From Octopus sinensis (lineage: Eukaryota): a stretch of DNA of 64,000 bases. Positions 1-13,683 of this stretch are shown here, one piece after another. Each line of letters opens with the position of its first letter. Position 1 is the stretch's first letter. The stretch is taken from contig NC_043011.1 in assembly GCF_006345805.1 (NCBI RefSeq), positions 36,592,464 through 36,656,463 on the forward strand, given 5' to 3'. The notes beneath the pieces are model-generated. The model was not told the DNA's origin, made no database searches, and saw nothing but the letters and a program-made list of their open reading frames with translations. The translations under genes and the position numbers were made by a program.

Positions 1-373
1 TCGATAGTCAATGATGGACATTGCTTTATTCGAAAATATCAACTAAGCACATAATTTAAACTGCTGCATATTTTATCGATCTCTATTTGTAGAATCGAAA
101 CTATAAGAGACACTGTATATAATCTAAACATTAACAGAGTATTCCTTTCTTTCATAAACAGCAAGTTTTCTGCTACTAAGCTTGAGATATTTGTTATAGT
201 TTTACTGTCAACTAATTTTATATTAAGAAGTGAACACTTAATGCATGGCTTCACATTATAAAGGTTAATGTGCGAAGATGTTAGAACAACTGCATTCAAA
301 GATTGGAAACAAAGAAGCTTCAGGATTCATTCATTTCCCATGCAATATTATAAAAAGATATCTAAAATATTCG

Positions 374-490
<117 letters not shown>

Positions 491-542
491 TTCTGTCTCT
501 CCATCTATATCTCCCTATTTGTATACACACACACACATATAT

Positions 543-904
543 TCTTTTACTTATTTCAGTCATTTGACTGCGGCCATGCTGGAGCACCGCCTTTAGTCGC
601 ACAAATCGACCCCAGGACTTATTGTTTGTTAGCCTATTACTTATTCTATCGGTCTCTTTTGCTGAACCATCAAGTTACGGGGACGTAAACACACCAGCAT
701 TGGTTGTCAAGTGATGTTGGTGGGACAAACACACACACATATGACGGGCTTCTTTCAGTTTCCGTCTACCAAATCCACTCACAAAGCTTTGGTCGGGCCG
801 AGGCTATAGTAGAAGACACTTGCCCAAGGTGCCACGCAGTGGGACTTAACCTGGAACCATGTGGTTGGTAAGCAAGCTGCTTACCACACAGCCACTCCTA
901 CGCC
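543..904 (-). mobile_element. tRNA-headed SINE, family B (full-length copy)
   Basis: Minus strand reads GGCGTAGGAGTGGCTGTGTGGTAAG (A-box-like), GGTTAAGTCCC (B-box-like), GGCACCTTGGGCAAG body, a central (GT)n linker, then a tail ending CAGCATGGCCGCAGTCAAATGACTGAAATAAGTAAAAG. More than 12 homologous copies or fragments in the window. Confidence 0.85.
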
Positions 905-910
905 TATATA

Positions 911-942
<32 letters not shown>

Positions 943-1015
943 GCTTTCGGTGTGAATGTTTTTTTTATTACGGCGCCGTGGTTTACACTCCTGTAAATAA
1001 TAATGGTATTTTTAT

Positions 1016-1209
1016 ATAAGCTTAAAGCTTATCGCGATCACCATGCAATGACTAAGGAAAATGGATTAATAAAGGGGCATATAAGCCCTCGACAGAAAAA
1101 AAACGGCTTTCCTATTTCTTTTTTCTGTCGAGGACTCACATACACTTTTAATTAGACCATTTTCCTTAGTCATTGCACGGTGATCGCTCGCCATAAGCTT
1201 TAAGCTTAT
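1016..1209. repeat. Foldback element with nested inverted repeats
   Basis: Arms ATAAGCTTAAAGCTTAT..CAATGACTAAGGAAAATGG / CCATTTTCCTTAGTCATTG..ATAAGCTTTAAGCTTAT; inner pair CCTCGACAGAAAAAA / TTTTTTCTGTCGAGG. Related half-copy near 34345-34445. Confidence 0.8.
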
Positions 1210-1535
1210 TTAAAAGTACTATATGTGTGCGTGCGTATATATATACATATAGGTCTCTGTGTGTTTGTGCGTGTGTGTGCGTTTGTTTGTGTGTGTGAAA
1301 CAAAAAGAGAATCAATACTAGAATGTAGTGTGTGTTATATTTATTCACTTACATTACAGCAAAGAGTTTCACTATTTCCGATTCTTCTGATAGTAATTTT
1401 AGCTTTTCTATTTGTATTAATCATTAGGATAGCAATAAAAGAATTTATTCCTCTTTAATATTTAAATTATGAATGGCACAATTCTTTATCCGTTATGCAA
1501 GTAGAACAATAAGAAAATAGAGGGGTTCAATAGAT

Positions 1536-1895
1536 GGTTCATCAACTCTTAGGTATTATATTATGTCGACTTATTTATTTATTTACTAAAATAACAATTA
1601 CAAGAATATACATACATGTATAAAATATATTATGCTTTACATATAAAAATATATTAATATATAAAGATATCAGTAATTATTAAAATATAACATATAGGAA
1701 TATAAAGGAATATAAATATAAAGGAACATAGATTTATATTCCTGTATGTTATATTTTAATAATTACTGGTATCTTTATATATTAGTATATTTTATATGTA
1801 AAGCATAATGTGTTATACATGTATGTATATTCTTGTAATTGTCATTTTAGTAAATAAATAAGTTAACATAATATAATGTCTAAAATTGATGAACC
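1536..1895. repeat. Long AT-rich palindrome, arms of about 170 bp
   Basis: 1536-1706 is a near-perfect reverse complement of 1733-1895 (GGTTCATCAA..AGGAATATAAA / TTTATATTCCT..TTGATGAACC). Confidence 0.9.
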
Positions 1896-1910
1896 ACCCC
1901 CATTTTCTTA

Positions 1911-1984
<74 letters not shown>

Positions 1985-2488
1985 GGTGTATTCGTTTACA
2001 TCGTTTCACGTATTTCTTCACTTATGTCTCTACTTTAGCGTATTCCTTTATTTCCATTGTTCTTGCGCTTAAGGTTCGTTATTTCTCCTATATGTGTATC
2101 AATTCAACGGATTGATAAGTTGTTAAAATGAATGCAAGCAAAGGAAAGTAATTCCAACTTCACCACGCCCTTATGCTTGTAGGTTTATTTCTCTATAAAA
2201 ATTCAAACCTGTACATTTTTTTAATGCACCTGTGTTTGTATTGTTTATTATATGCAAGAACGCACTTATGCGTTAGCATATTCATTTGGAATAAAATATA
2301 AATATTTCGCTGTATTTCTTTTGTGTGCTTGCCAAGTCAATGAACCAGCTATTGACACGCATTTTCATAAACAAAAGAAAGCCATTCTAACATCATTTTA
2401 CCACACATGGGCACAATATATTCATGCAGTAAAAGTATTATATTATATAAGACCACAAAAGTCTCAAAACAACTACTGGAACCTAATA

Positions 2489-3054
2489 TTGGGTTGTCCG
2501 GAAAGTTCGTGCCGATTTATAGTAGCTTACATTTCGACTTATTTTAAAACATAGTTGAGTCCATAAAATAGAATTTGACTACACCTCCATTTAAAGCACA
2601 GTCTAAGCTATCTTTTCGTGGAAGAAGGTTTATGTTCTTATAACCTGTTTAAATTCTGTAACCCTTTGAAATAGAAGATAAGAAAGTTCATTTTCGGCAC
2701 TTGATGCTTTGGGAACCAGACAAAAATTGCTGCAGCTTGGCTGGGATGTATTACCTCACCCTCCATATTCACCAGATATTGCTCCTTCGGATTTCCACTT
2801 AATCAGGTCTCTGCAGAATAGTCTTAATGGTAAAAATCTCAATTCCTTGGATGACGTAAAAAGATACCTTGATGAATTCTTTGCCATGAAAGCACCTCAA
2901 ATCTGGTAAGGGGGTATTTTCAATTTAAAGGAAGGATGGAGACGCATTGTGCAACAAAATGGTTCATATTTAGTTGATTAAAAATGTAATGGCAAGCATT
3001 TTTTGACCTTTTTCTTTCCTTTAAAAATCGGCACGAACTTTCCGGACAACTTAA
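2489..3054 (+). mobile_element. Mariner internal-deletion derivative (MITE-like)
   Basis: TIRs TTGGGTTGTCCGGAAAGTTCGTGCCGATTT / AAATCGGCACGAACTTTCCGGACAACTTAA, TA on both sides; ORF 2709-2909 carries the mariner HPPYSPDIAPSDFHL motif. Confidence 0.95.
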
Positions 3055-3479
3055 TACATAGATATGAAAAGATGCAAACATCTGAGGAGGAAAAATGGAG
3101 CCCTTGAATATTGAAAGTAGAATGGCAATTTAGTGGAAACTAAAATTGTCCAAATCGTTATTCCATGTTTCTCGTTACCGAGATCCCTGGATTTTTATGG
3201 GAATGGAACCTAAAATTTCGTTTACAATCATACAAAACGCTAGTTGATTCATATAGAGTTATAAAAGCAATATTATTAGATAGTGGCATAGGAGTTAATT
3301 GAAAAATAGTGGTGACACATAAAGTGATAGATGCAAGAAGAAATTGTACAAAGAATGTAAACATCATCAGTACATCCGTGTATATATAAGAAAAACAAAT
3401 TCGAAACTTTGCGTTCGTCAAAAATCAAATATTAGCCGTGCAAAGAAAAAAAGAACTTGTTGCCTTTAAGTGTCTTTAA

Positions 3480-4320
3480 GTGTCTGCAAATATAGATATA
3501 ATATGTAAATGTTATGTCATTCCAATTTTTGCGAATTTTGTTGCTTCAGGTAACCATTTAGAGGCATATAATTGCGCAGTAATAAATAACTTCGAAATGT
3601 ATTTACAAAAACATAACATTTCCAGGCGTTTATTCGAAACGTTGTCACATCCAATATCAATTATCTATTTAAAAAGGGCTTACAATATATATGTGAATGG
3701 AAGCTATCACGTACGCAGAGAACAGCATGACCGAAAATAAACTATTAAATTCCAAATGTCAAACATCCTGTTTCTTTAAAAAACCAGCGAATGTTTAAGG
3801 GAGACTTTCTTTCAAGTTTATTGAATATATGAATATATTAATATATATTCGTAAAAAAGAAGTTTAATGTAATTCCCTTTAGGACTGATACAATTACGGG
3901 ATTGCTATTACTGGATTAAACTTTAGTTTAATAGATTAGAGTTTTCAAAGACAACTACTTTTAGAAGCCCAATTAGTTGGGACAATATGACAATAGCAAA
4001 GCTCCAGAAATTCTATTGGTCAGACCGGAAATATATTAAAGTTCGTTTTCTCATAATATTCACAGATTTAAGAAAATCCGAAAGAAAATTTGGCACAGAC
4101 CTCTCTAAATATATATGGTTTATAAAAGAATCAATGTGACAACGGATTAAATGAATGCTTAAAAATATTAGCATTCTGTAGTCACAGATCGAAGTTTTTA
4201 TTTTGTAGTTAAATACCTCCATACGTCTGATATAAGCAGCAATATTCATAAGTATTTTTACGCTTAATATCTCTAATTTCAAATGCAGATGAGGTAAAAT
4301 AACTACTCTGATTTATAAGC
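3480..4320 (+). pseudogene. Decayed Penelope-like element, GIY-YIG end
   Basis: About 4087-4135 reads KFGTDLSKYIWFIKE, resembling the Penelope TELSKYIW motif; ISNFKCR near 4275 resembles the terminal (L)ISKCRH; many stops. Confidence 0.5.
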
Positions 4321-4815
4321 TTTCGCCAATAATGGAATCCATAGCCTCAATAATCTTTATATACATACATACATACATACATACATACACATACATACAT
4401 ACATACATACATACATACATACATACATACATACATACATACGTACATACATACATATATGCATACATGCTTACACATATACATATCAAAAAAATTAACA
4501 AAAACAGAAAAAACGGAAAATTTTACAAAAACATAACAGAAAATTTGTAGCTTATTCATCATCTGTCAATGCCCAAAAGATCATTACAATTTCGCGGTTT
4601 TAATGTTGATATTGTTCACTTTTGGTGGCGCGAGTGGCGAAAAGCCACTAGGAATAGCTAAAGAATGTACAGGACAATGACAAAATCAGACACGGCAAAA
4701 TAAAACATACGATGTTTATATGATATATATGATATAATATATATATATATGTCAGTAGTTCTCTTATCTGAAAACAGAAGCACGCTCTAAATCGTTAAAG
4801 CAGTAATACATTATT

Positions 4816-6615
4816 TTAGGAAGTTAAAAGTTGTGGCCAGTTATGAAGTGACCATTGGTTTCGCACCTATAGAGCGCTTAGCAGTATAGGCGATTCATCG
4901 GACTCGAATGCCTGAAGGCGCATAATCTCTCTACAACTAGAAGAAATATGTAATGATCAGTTGGTTTGTAAACAAAAGATTAATATCCGTCGTGAAGGCA
5001 GGGCGGGGTTATCCCCTTATAGCAGCTCCGGCCGTGATGATATTCGAACGGTGAATTTCAAGTTTGTAGTAGGAAACGTTTTGACTGAATACCTCTTCCT
5101 GGTGCTTAAAAGGACCCCGGGTCAAGCGAGTTCCTTTGGGATTCTTGTCCTTTCTGCCAAGCAACGCTTATATAGTTTGCGGATCTTATCCGTTTGGCGG
5201 CCAGCATAAATTCTATTCGAATTGATTTCATATTCAGTGTAATGATACACTTTTATAGGCTGATTAATGACGTGAAATTAATTTTCGTAATAAATCAATA
5301 AATAAGGAGTTATTAACAATTAAAATTCGTAAATTTTAGTAATTCTAACCAATCGTCAGCGACAGACGGAGATAGTAAGAAGCAGACGTGAGAACTCTTT
5401 TGTCTCTCAACGTGACTGTTGCCATAGTAACAAACGAATCCGAGTAGTCTTTGAAAAGTCTCTTATCTACGAAGAAACACGTGTTGACAAATTTGACGCC
5501 GCGTTCTGTGTGATTATGGCAGCAATCTCCAGTAACTTCGCTTCTGTTATAAAATCATTGAAAATAATGGAGGATATTTTAAAAATTAAAACCAAGTTAA
5601 ATGTTTGCTTTTTAATGCTTAAACATTTGTTTTTTAGCATATTTTGTTCACTCTTATTTTCATATATAATATATGAACATGTACATATTTTGGAACATTG
5701 TCATTTTATAAGATTTTGCGACCAAATTTTTAAATTAACATAAACATTTATTTACATGAACGAAAATTACCAGAGAACTCTCATCTAATTCTTTCAAATG
5801 ATTCTGGTAAAAATTGTAATGTATTTATCGCATGTAACCTGTTATCTATCGCATTTGCATTAATGCATATTGAATGCGTAAATGTTTGTTTACCCGTTTC
5901 TATTTGTCGTTGGACATTGAGGTGGTTGTTTTGTGTGCTAAAAATAACAGCTAAATAAGATTATTTGGATAAATATTTTAAATCAACATAAACGTTTATT
6001 TACATGGACGAAAATTACCGGAGACATAACACGTGTTGTTTACAAATATTGACAACACCTACTACTTTCAGGATGTCGACGACAAAATGTGCAGTCACGC
6101 ACAAAATGACAGCTTACAAATGCTGTTTCCTGACTAGGTGCAAATGATCAAACTTTAAATTTTAAATTTTAAACTGTAAACACTTTTCTGGAAAAAAAAT
6201 GAAATAACTGCAGCAATTCAAGTGCATTATTTCGCCAAGTTTAAAAATTTTGGGTAAACTTAAATTTTTGAAATGCTGGCAGCCAAACCGATAAGATTCT
6301 CGTTCGCTCCTGTTTATAAAAGACTCCATTCGTTGTATGCCCCACCATATTTCCGAATATTACCACGGCCGGAGCCGATAGCCGGAGCCGATATGAAAGA
6401 GATAACCCAATCCCGTTTGCATCACGGACACTACTTGTATTTTCTCCTCTATTTTCTCCTCTATTTTCTCCTCTATTTTCACCTCTATTTCCACAGAGGT
6501 TATGCGCCTTCAAACATTAGAGTTTTATAAGTTGCCTATACAGCTGAGCGCTTTATAGGTGCGACAGCAATGATCACTCTATGACCGCCATAACTTTTTA
6601 TCCAGTAACTTCCTA

Positions 6616-6616
<1 letters not shown>
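4816..6616. mobile_element. 1.8 kb non-autonomous element with long diverged terminal inverted repeats
   Basis: Ends TTAGGAAGTTA / TAACTTCCTAA; CGCACCTATAGAGCGCT pairs with AGCGCTTTATAGGTGCG; CTCCGGCCGTG with CACGGCCGGAG; CTTATCCGTTTGGCGGCCAGCAT with ATGCTGGCAGCCAAACCGATAAG. No transposase seen. Confidence 0.65.
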
Positions 6617-6690
<74 letters not shown>

Positions 6691-6760
6691 CATCCATCCA
6701 TCCATCCATCCATCCATCCATCCATCCATCCATCTATCTCTCTATCTATCTATCTATCTT

Positions 6761-6829
<69 letters not shown>

Positions 6830-6848
6830 GTATCTATCTATCTATCTA
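6617..6848. repeat. (TATC)n/(CCAT)n microsatellite
   Basis: Directly visible; 5' flank of the Tx1-like LINE. Confidence 0.95.
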
Positions 6849-7963
6849 GACGACGGTGAACAGGTGTGGTCGCCGTTTGTGAGGCACGCTTTCCCGCAGC
6901 TCGTCTCCATGACCGAACTGCAGTCGTGGATCAAAAAGAGGCCGAGGAAGGGCGAATGGCACCGCGAGTGTCGCGTTGCTCTCAAGCAACTCTGCCGTCC
7001 TGGGTCGACCTTAAGTGACTTCAACACAACCAAAGCATTCTATAGGGGTTTAGTGGAGGGGAGGTACGACGACGAGCTCGGGGCGAACCTGGACGTCGAC
7101 GAGGAGTACCTGACCCGCCTGTTCGGGACGACTTTCGGGCCAGGGCCCATGGACAACTTCCAGAGATCCCTGGCCTGGCAGTGCTACGAGAAGCGCTACC
7201 CGTTCGGGATAAGCTCTACAGACACGGCTCGAGAAACACGGGGCCGACCTGCCCGAGATGCGGTCAGAGCGACGAAACCGTTCTGCACGCACTCGTTCAG
7301 TGTCCAACAATTTCCGACCTGTGGGCTTATGTCGAACAACTGCTGTCACGTGTGGGACGAGTCGGTTTATCAGCTGAGTCTATCGTCAATATTGTCACGC
7401 CTCCTTCCTTCAAACGGGAAGGAAGAGCTATTTTCATCATCCTTGTGGCTATGGCGAAAGAATGTATCTGGTGGACGCGTCTGAAAGGATTGGAGACAAA
7501 CACTTCCTCTCTGGTCAATCTCTCATCAACTTCTTCAAGTACCACTTGAAAAGGAAAGTGAGAGTAGAGAGGCAAGTTTTGTCTAGCGAATGTTTTAAAA
7601 AAAGATGGGTGAATGTAGCAAGAATGGCACGTATGAATGACGAAGCCACCTTGAGCATAGTCGTATGAACCCAGAAATCGAAAACAGAGAGTTGGTTATT
7701 TGCAAAAAAAAAAAAAAAAAAAAAGAAATATAAAATGTGACTTCATTGACCGAGGTTACCGTGGTCTTTTCCGCAGGCTTTTCTTCCACGGGTAAACCTC
7801 ACCTGCCCTCCCCTTTACACTTCATATTGACATTTCTGTGATAACGATCCCTATTGATCATTTTTTTTTCCTCTCCCCCCCCTTTTTTTTTTTTTTTTAA
7901 CCCCCTTATTTTTGTCCTCTTTTCTCTCCTTTTACGATCCCTTTTGATCGAAACTCCCCCTTC

Positions 7964-7994
<31 letters not shown>

Positions 7995-8065
7995 ACCTTC
8001 AAAAGAAAAGCTATACCTTGTAATTTGTTCTATCTGTGTGCAGCCCTGTGTGGCTAATAAAGAAA
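6849..8065 (+). mobile_element. 5'-truncated Tx1/L1-clade LINE (ORF2 C-terminus plus 3' UTR)
   Basis: GC-rich island; frames 6828/7181/7462 join via frameshifts into FQRSLAWQC-REALPVRDKL..CPRCGQSDETVLHALVQCP (zf-RVT-type CCHC); T/C-rich 3' UTR ending AATAAA at 8056-8061. Confidence 0.8.
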
Positions 8066-8129
8066 CATATCTATATATCTATCTATCTATCTATCTATCT
8101 CCTATCTATCTTCTATCTATCTATCTATG

Positions 8130-8160
<31 letters not shown>

Positions 8161-8261
8161 ATATCTATCTATCTATCTATCTATGTATCTATCTATCTAT
8201 CTATCATCTATGTATCTATCTATCTATCTATCTATTCTATCTATCTAGCTATCTATCTATG

Positions 8262-8292
<31 letters not shown>

Positions 8293-8346
8293 ATCTATCT
8301 ATTTTTCTATATATCTATGTTCTATCTATCTATCTATCTATCTATG

Positions 8347-8396
<50 letters not shown>
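8066..8396. repeat. Imperfect (TATC)n microsatellite
   Basis: Directly visible; 3' flank of the Tx1-like LINE. Confidence 0.95.
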
Positions 8397-8580
8397 CTCT
8401 TTTACTCTGTTATTTGTTTCAGTCATTTGAAACAAATCGACCCCAGAACTTATTCTTTGTAAGCTTAGTACTTGTTCTATCGGTTTCTTTTGCCGAACCG
8501 CCAAGTTACGGAGACGTAAGCAAACCAACATCGGTAGTCGAGCGATGGTGGGGGAACAAACACAGACACAAACATATACA
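8396..8580 (-). mobile_element. SINE family B tail fragment
   Basis: Matches the tail half of 543-904. Confidence 0.8.
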
Positions 8581-8591
8581 TATACCCCGCC

Positions 8592-8624
<33 letters not shown>

Positions 8625-8805
8625 GTTGAAATTTAGAGAAAAGCAAAAGACGAAGACAGCTGTACAAACAACAAACAGGTGTATTAGTTTAATGCTCGCG
8701 GAAGGTGAGAAAATCTTTTGTTTCGAGCCTACGCTCTTCAACAGAACAGAACACAGGAAGAAATAAACCGAGAGTAAAAAACTTTTGGAGCTAGCGGTCA
8801 AATAT
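8625..8805 (-). mobile_element. Short repeat family F with degenerate hammerhead-like motif
   Basis: AAAAGACGAAGACAG..TTTCGAGCCTACGCTCTTC recurs at about 42780-42930; the first part also at about 38465-38515. Confidence 0.6.
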
Positions 8806-8812
8806 GTATATA

Positions 8813-8881
<69 letters not shown>

Positions 8882-8917
8882 GTATGTGTGTGTGTGTATA
8901 TTATATACATATATATA

Positions 8918-8960
<43 letters not shown>

Positions 8961-8983
8961 TATATATATATATATACACATAT

Positions 8984-9238
8984 GGAGGTGCAATGGCCTA
9001 GTGGTTAGGGCAGCGGACTCGCGGTCGCAGGATCGCGGTTTCGATTCCCAGACCGGGCGTTGTGAGTGTTTATTGAGCGAAAACACCTAAAAGCTCCTGC
9101 TGTACTATTTCACCACTCTTTCTTAGCCAGCGGGGTGGCGTCATTCGAAGGCTAAAACAATGCGAACGCATTGTGACCAGCGATGTGTAACTACATCTGA
9201 TGGTCTGGTCGGTCACTTGATCACGTGATCACGTGATA
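8984..9238 (+). mobile_element. tRNA-headed SINE, family C, with RTE-like tail
   Basis: A box TGGCCTAGTGG, loop CTCGCGG, B box GTTTCGATTCC; tail ends TGATCACGTGATCACGTGATA. Confidence 0.85.
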
Positions 9239-9332
9239 TACACATATATATATACATATATATTTACATATATATATATACATACATATCTATAAATATA
9301 TACATATACACACACATACATACATACATGTA

Positions 9333-9390
<58 letters not shown>

Positions 9391-9904
9391 TGTATGTATG
9401 TATGTATAGAGTGTTAGGTGTGATGTACAGAAATTGAATATTGAGAGAAAATGTCGTCAGAATTTTGGAAAAAATCCTTTTATTTCATTATTATTATTAG
9501 CGCTTTCGTTTCTTTCCAGACCTTGTCAAATAAATTTTTGCGAACGTACAAATAGCTTGTTCATTTATATATATATATATGATAGCTTTTTTTTTACCGT
9601 TTTGCGTATATACATATATATTTGATATAACCACATAAATGGAAATAGGTTTTTGTATATGGTATTTTTAATCCGTTATTAATTCTAACATTACCAGTGC
9701 CAAAGCCTTCCTTTAATTTCCGAAAATCAGCAAAATTTTTATCCAGTAACATTTCCTTGTCATTTCATGTTAACTAACCAGCACTTCAAAAGGATATCCA
9801 ACGATGCATCTACAAAGTTCAAAAGTTCACATTTCGAAATTTCGCTTTTTATTTAAAAAAAATATATGCTTTGTGATAATACACAACAGGGTTTTTTCTT
9901 TTTT

Positions 9905-10320
9905 TAATTGTTTCTGTCATTAGAGTGTGGCCACGCTGGAGCATCGTCTTGAAGAATCTTTAATCGAATGAATCGACCCCTTATTTTTTTAAAAACCTGA
10001 TATCTTATTGTATCGTTTAATTTTGCCGAACCGCTAAGATACGGAAGTGTAAACACACCAGCACCGTTTGTGAAGAGATAGCGGGATGAGGTGGGGGAAA
10101 GAAACGCAGTGACAAACTCAGTCGCAAACACACACACACAAACACATACGCACACATACGAACGGCTTCTTTCAGTTTCCGTCTATCAAATCCACTCACA
10201 AGGCTTTGCTCAGCCCAAGGCAATAATAGAAGAAAACTTTCCCAAACGGGGTCACACAGTAGGACTGAACCAAGAAACAAGAGGTTGGAAAGGAAGCTTC
10301 TTACCACACAGCCATGCTTT
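9905..10320 (-). mobile_element. SINE family B (diverged full copy)
   Basis: Head, (CA)n linker and tail all align by eye with 543-904. Confidence 0.8.
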
Positions 10321-10586
10321 CAGCATTTTCTAAACAAAAAATCAAGATTATTACAAAATTCTTTAAAATATCCTTTTATAACGTAACAGAAACATATTTA
10401 GCCCATATAACCAGTAACATTAAGCGAAGTAGCTATCACATAACCATCAAATAATATTCATCAGTTATATGACGTTATTAAAATTAATATTATTCAGACA
10501 TTTTCATTGCATTTTCGATACATACTAAAATAACACGTTCTATATATAATTGTCCACAGACAGGGAAGTGGAAACGTGGAGTGATG

Positions 10587-10622
<36 letters not shown>

Positions 10623-11526
10623 CATACATACATATACATATATATATATACATATAAAATATGTATATATACATATATATATATATTTGTGTATATATGT
10701 GTATATATAAATATATACACATGCATATATATATATTTATATATATAGATATATATATCTATATGTATAATATGTATATATATAGGTGTGGGTCTTATGT
10801 ATGTGTATTTATAATGTGTTTACATATGCATATATTTATATATATGTGTGTGTGTGTGTGTGTACTTATATATATCTTTTGAGAAACGCACATGCACACA
10901 TATGTATACATTCTTATATAAGATATATATATATATATATATCTGTATATGTATGTGTGTGTGTATGTGCATCTATGTATTTTCCTGTGTGTAATGTTGT
11001 TTGTTTAACCTTCTTTTATCTAATGTTCCTAATTGGCTCCGTCTCCTAAGGGAGTTCTGATATCGAGGAAAGTTTGTTAATATTCATGAACTGTCTATTT
11101 GTGATGTCACTTATATGTATGCTAACGACGTGTTCGGTTTAGTTGACAAATATACATATTTAAAAAAAAAATTATTGAGTATATTTAAATATGACGTGTT
11201 GCCCTAGATACCAACCTGCTTTGAATTATGATGTTTATAGACAGAGTTTGCACTTTTTTTTTGTCTCAAACTCAAATCATTATAATATGAACGTTCTGTG
11301 GTAATTTCAAGATATTTTTAACGATGTGTGTTGTGAATATAAATTTATTTCATTATTTAAACTTTACGATGAATTTTAGATGAATAACACGAAAAAGAAA
11401 ATGTTTTAAATGATTCATTTTAGAACCTCTAAAATATGTAAATAATAATATTAATCATGATGATGGCTATATTGATGCTAACAACAACAACAATAACAAC
11501 AACAACAATAATAATAATAATGACGG

Positions 11527-12079
11527 CAATAATCGTTGAAGGTAAAATTGTTCCTATCCTCTGGAATTTTTCAGTCAACAGCGGCAGAACGATCCAGGTT
11601 AATCGACCAGACATAGGCATTAAAGACAGAGAAGAAAATACTTTTAGATTAATAGATGTAAGCGTTCTCACAGATAAAAATCTATCTGTAAAGGAATTTG
11701 ACAAATTAAGTAAATATAAGGTCCTCTAAACTGAAATACACAAGATGTAGCATATTAAAACAAGAATTGTTCCTGTTATTGTTGGTGCTCCATGTATGAT
11801 AAAGAAGGAATATCAGAAACATCTAGATAACATCCCAGGAGAACCATGTCTGAGTGAAATTTAAAAGATTGTGCTGACACATACTGCCTACATCCTTATA
11901 CAAGCTCAGTCCATTTAAATGTCTGTGTCTTATTACATGAAGATATTTCGCTACTGCCCCCTGCCACTTCCCCTCCCCAAGATATCAGTCATGCTATAAC
12001 ATCTCTTATCCTTTACTCGCCTTAGGACGCTGGGTGTGTCTTGGTAAGTGATTGTATCGAACATGCAGATTAAAAGTAA
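11527..12079 (+). mobile_element. R4/Dong-clade LINE 3' fragment (RLE endonuclease)
   Basis: ILWNF..IQVNRPDI..LIDVSV..KEFDKLSKY..IVPVIVGA, a PD-(D/E)xK restriction-like endonuclease pattern; flanked by (AAC/AAT)n and (AAT)n. Confidence 0.85.
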
Positions 12080-12149
12080 ATAATAATAATAATAATAATA
12101 ATAATTATTATTATTAGTTCTACTACTGATTCAAAGCCTAAAGATTTAG

Positions 12150-12314
12150 AGGAAGAGGCATAATCAATCACATCGACCCCAGTGATCAATTGGTACTTAT
12201 TTTATCGACCTCGGTGGTATTTTAACTCAGAACGTAAAGAGTCGGAAAACATGCCACTAAGCATCTTGTCCGGCGTACTAGTGATTCTGCCTGCTCAATG
12301 TCTGATGATGGTGG

Positions 12315-12345
<31 letters not shown>

Positions 12346-12560
12346 AATCATCTTTTCTACTAAAGACACAAGGCCTGAAATTTTGGAGGAGGGCATTAGT
12401 CAGTTCCGCCGAAAGCAGTGCTTCACTGGTACTTAATTTATCAACCACGAAAGGATGAAAAGCAAAGTCAACCTCGGCGGAATTTGAATTCAGAACGTAG
12501 CAACGGGCGAAATACCGCTAAGCATTTCGCCCGGAGTGTTAACGATTCTGCAAGCTCGCC
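12150..12560 (-). mobile_element. SINE family A fragments
   Basis: GGCGAGCTTGCAGAATCGTT..GAATTCAAATTCCGCCGAGGTTGACTTTGC on the minus strand. Confidence 0.75.
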
Positions 12561-12562
12561 GT

Positions 12563-12739
12563 CTGATGATGATAAGGATGAGGAGAAGGATGAAGAAGAA
12601 GAAGAAGAAGGAGGAGGATAAGAAGAAGAAAACAAAGAAGAAGATGCAAAAGAAGATGAAGAATCATTATGATAAGGATGGTATGTGAATTTGATAATAG
12701 TAATGATGATATAGATGTTGTTGTCGTTGATGATGTTGT

Positions 12740-12792
<53 letters not shown>

Positions 12793-12920
12793 ATGATGAT
12801 GACGGTGATGATGATGATGATCATGATGATGATGTTGGTGATAATGATGATGCTGATGTTGGTGATGTTGATGATGAAGATGATGACGACGACGACGACG
12901 ATGATGATGATGATGATGAT
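12563..12920. repeat. (GAT)n/(GAA)n compound microsatellite
   Basis: Directly visible; explains the poly-D, poly-M and poly-I ORFs. Confidence 0.9.
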
Positions 12921-13683
12921 AACAGAGAATTAAAAAAAAACAATATCCCGATAGTTTATTTTGATAAAAGTGACAACAATGTAAACAACTTTGGTAAGAA
13001 TTTGAAAATCCGAAGTATTTGAATTATAGCATATAGTCTGCAACAGTACCAAGTCAGAGATTTGCAGAAGGCTAAATAAAGACGCAAAAATACTCACACA
13101 TACACATTTTTTTCCCATCATTTTTGAAAAATTACTTTTTAATTTCTATGTCATTTTTATAAATTATTTTATAGTACCTGATAAATTGAATTATTATATA
13201 TCTCTAAATATTTTGCAAGACAAACAGTCTAGTTTGGCTTATTAGAAGAAATTTTGCGTAGCATGCTGGTATTCTACAAACGGAACTGCAAACTAATCTA
13301 GCTGCTAATGCAGCTTTGCAGTTTCCGTATGGGATTCCAATGAAATATTTTGCCCCGCGGTCTTATTCTCTCCAGAAGACATATTTCCTTTATTGATTAG
13401 CCAATTATACTCCTCGCTGCCATAGAAGCAAACTACGTATGCGATCAACAAAATTTGCTCACCTTCCACGCACACATAACACACGCAAACATATATGTAC
13501 AACATACATACATCATACATACGTACGTACATATATATATATGTATATATATATATACATACATAAATACTACATACATGCATTAATATATATATTATTA
13601 TATATATTATATATTAATATATATATATATATATGTAGTATATATATATGTATATATATGTATGTATATATTTATATATAGGT

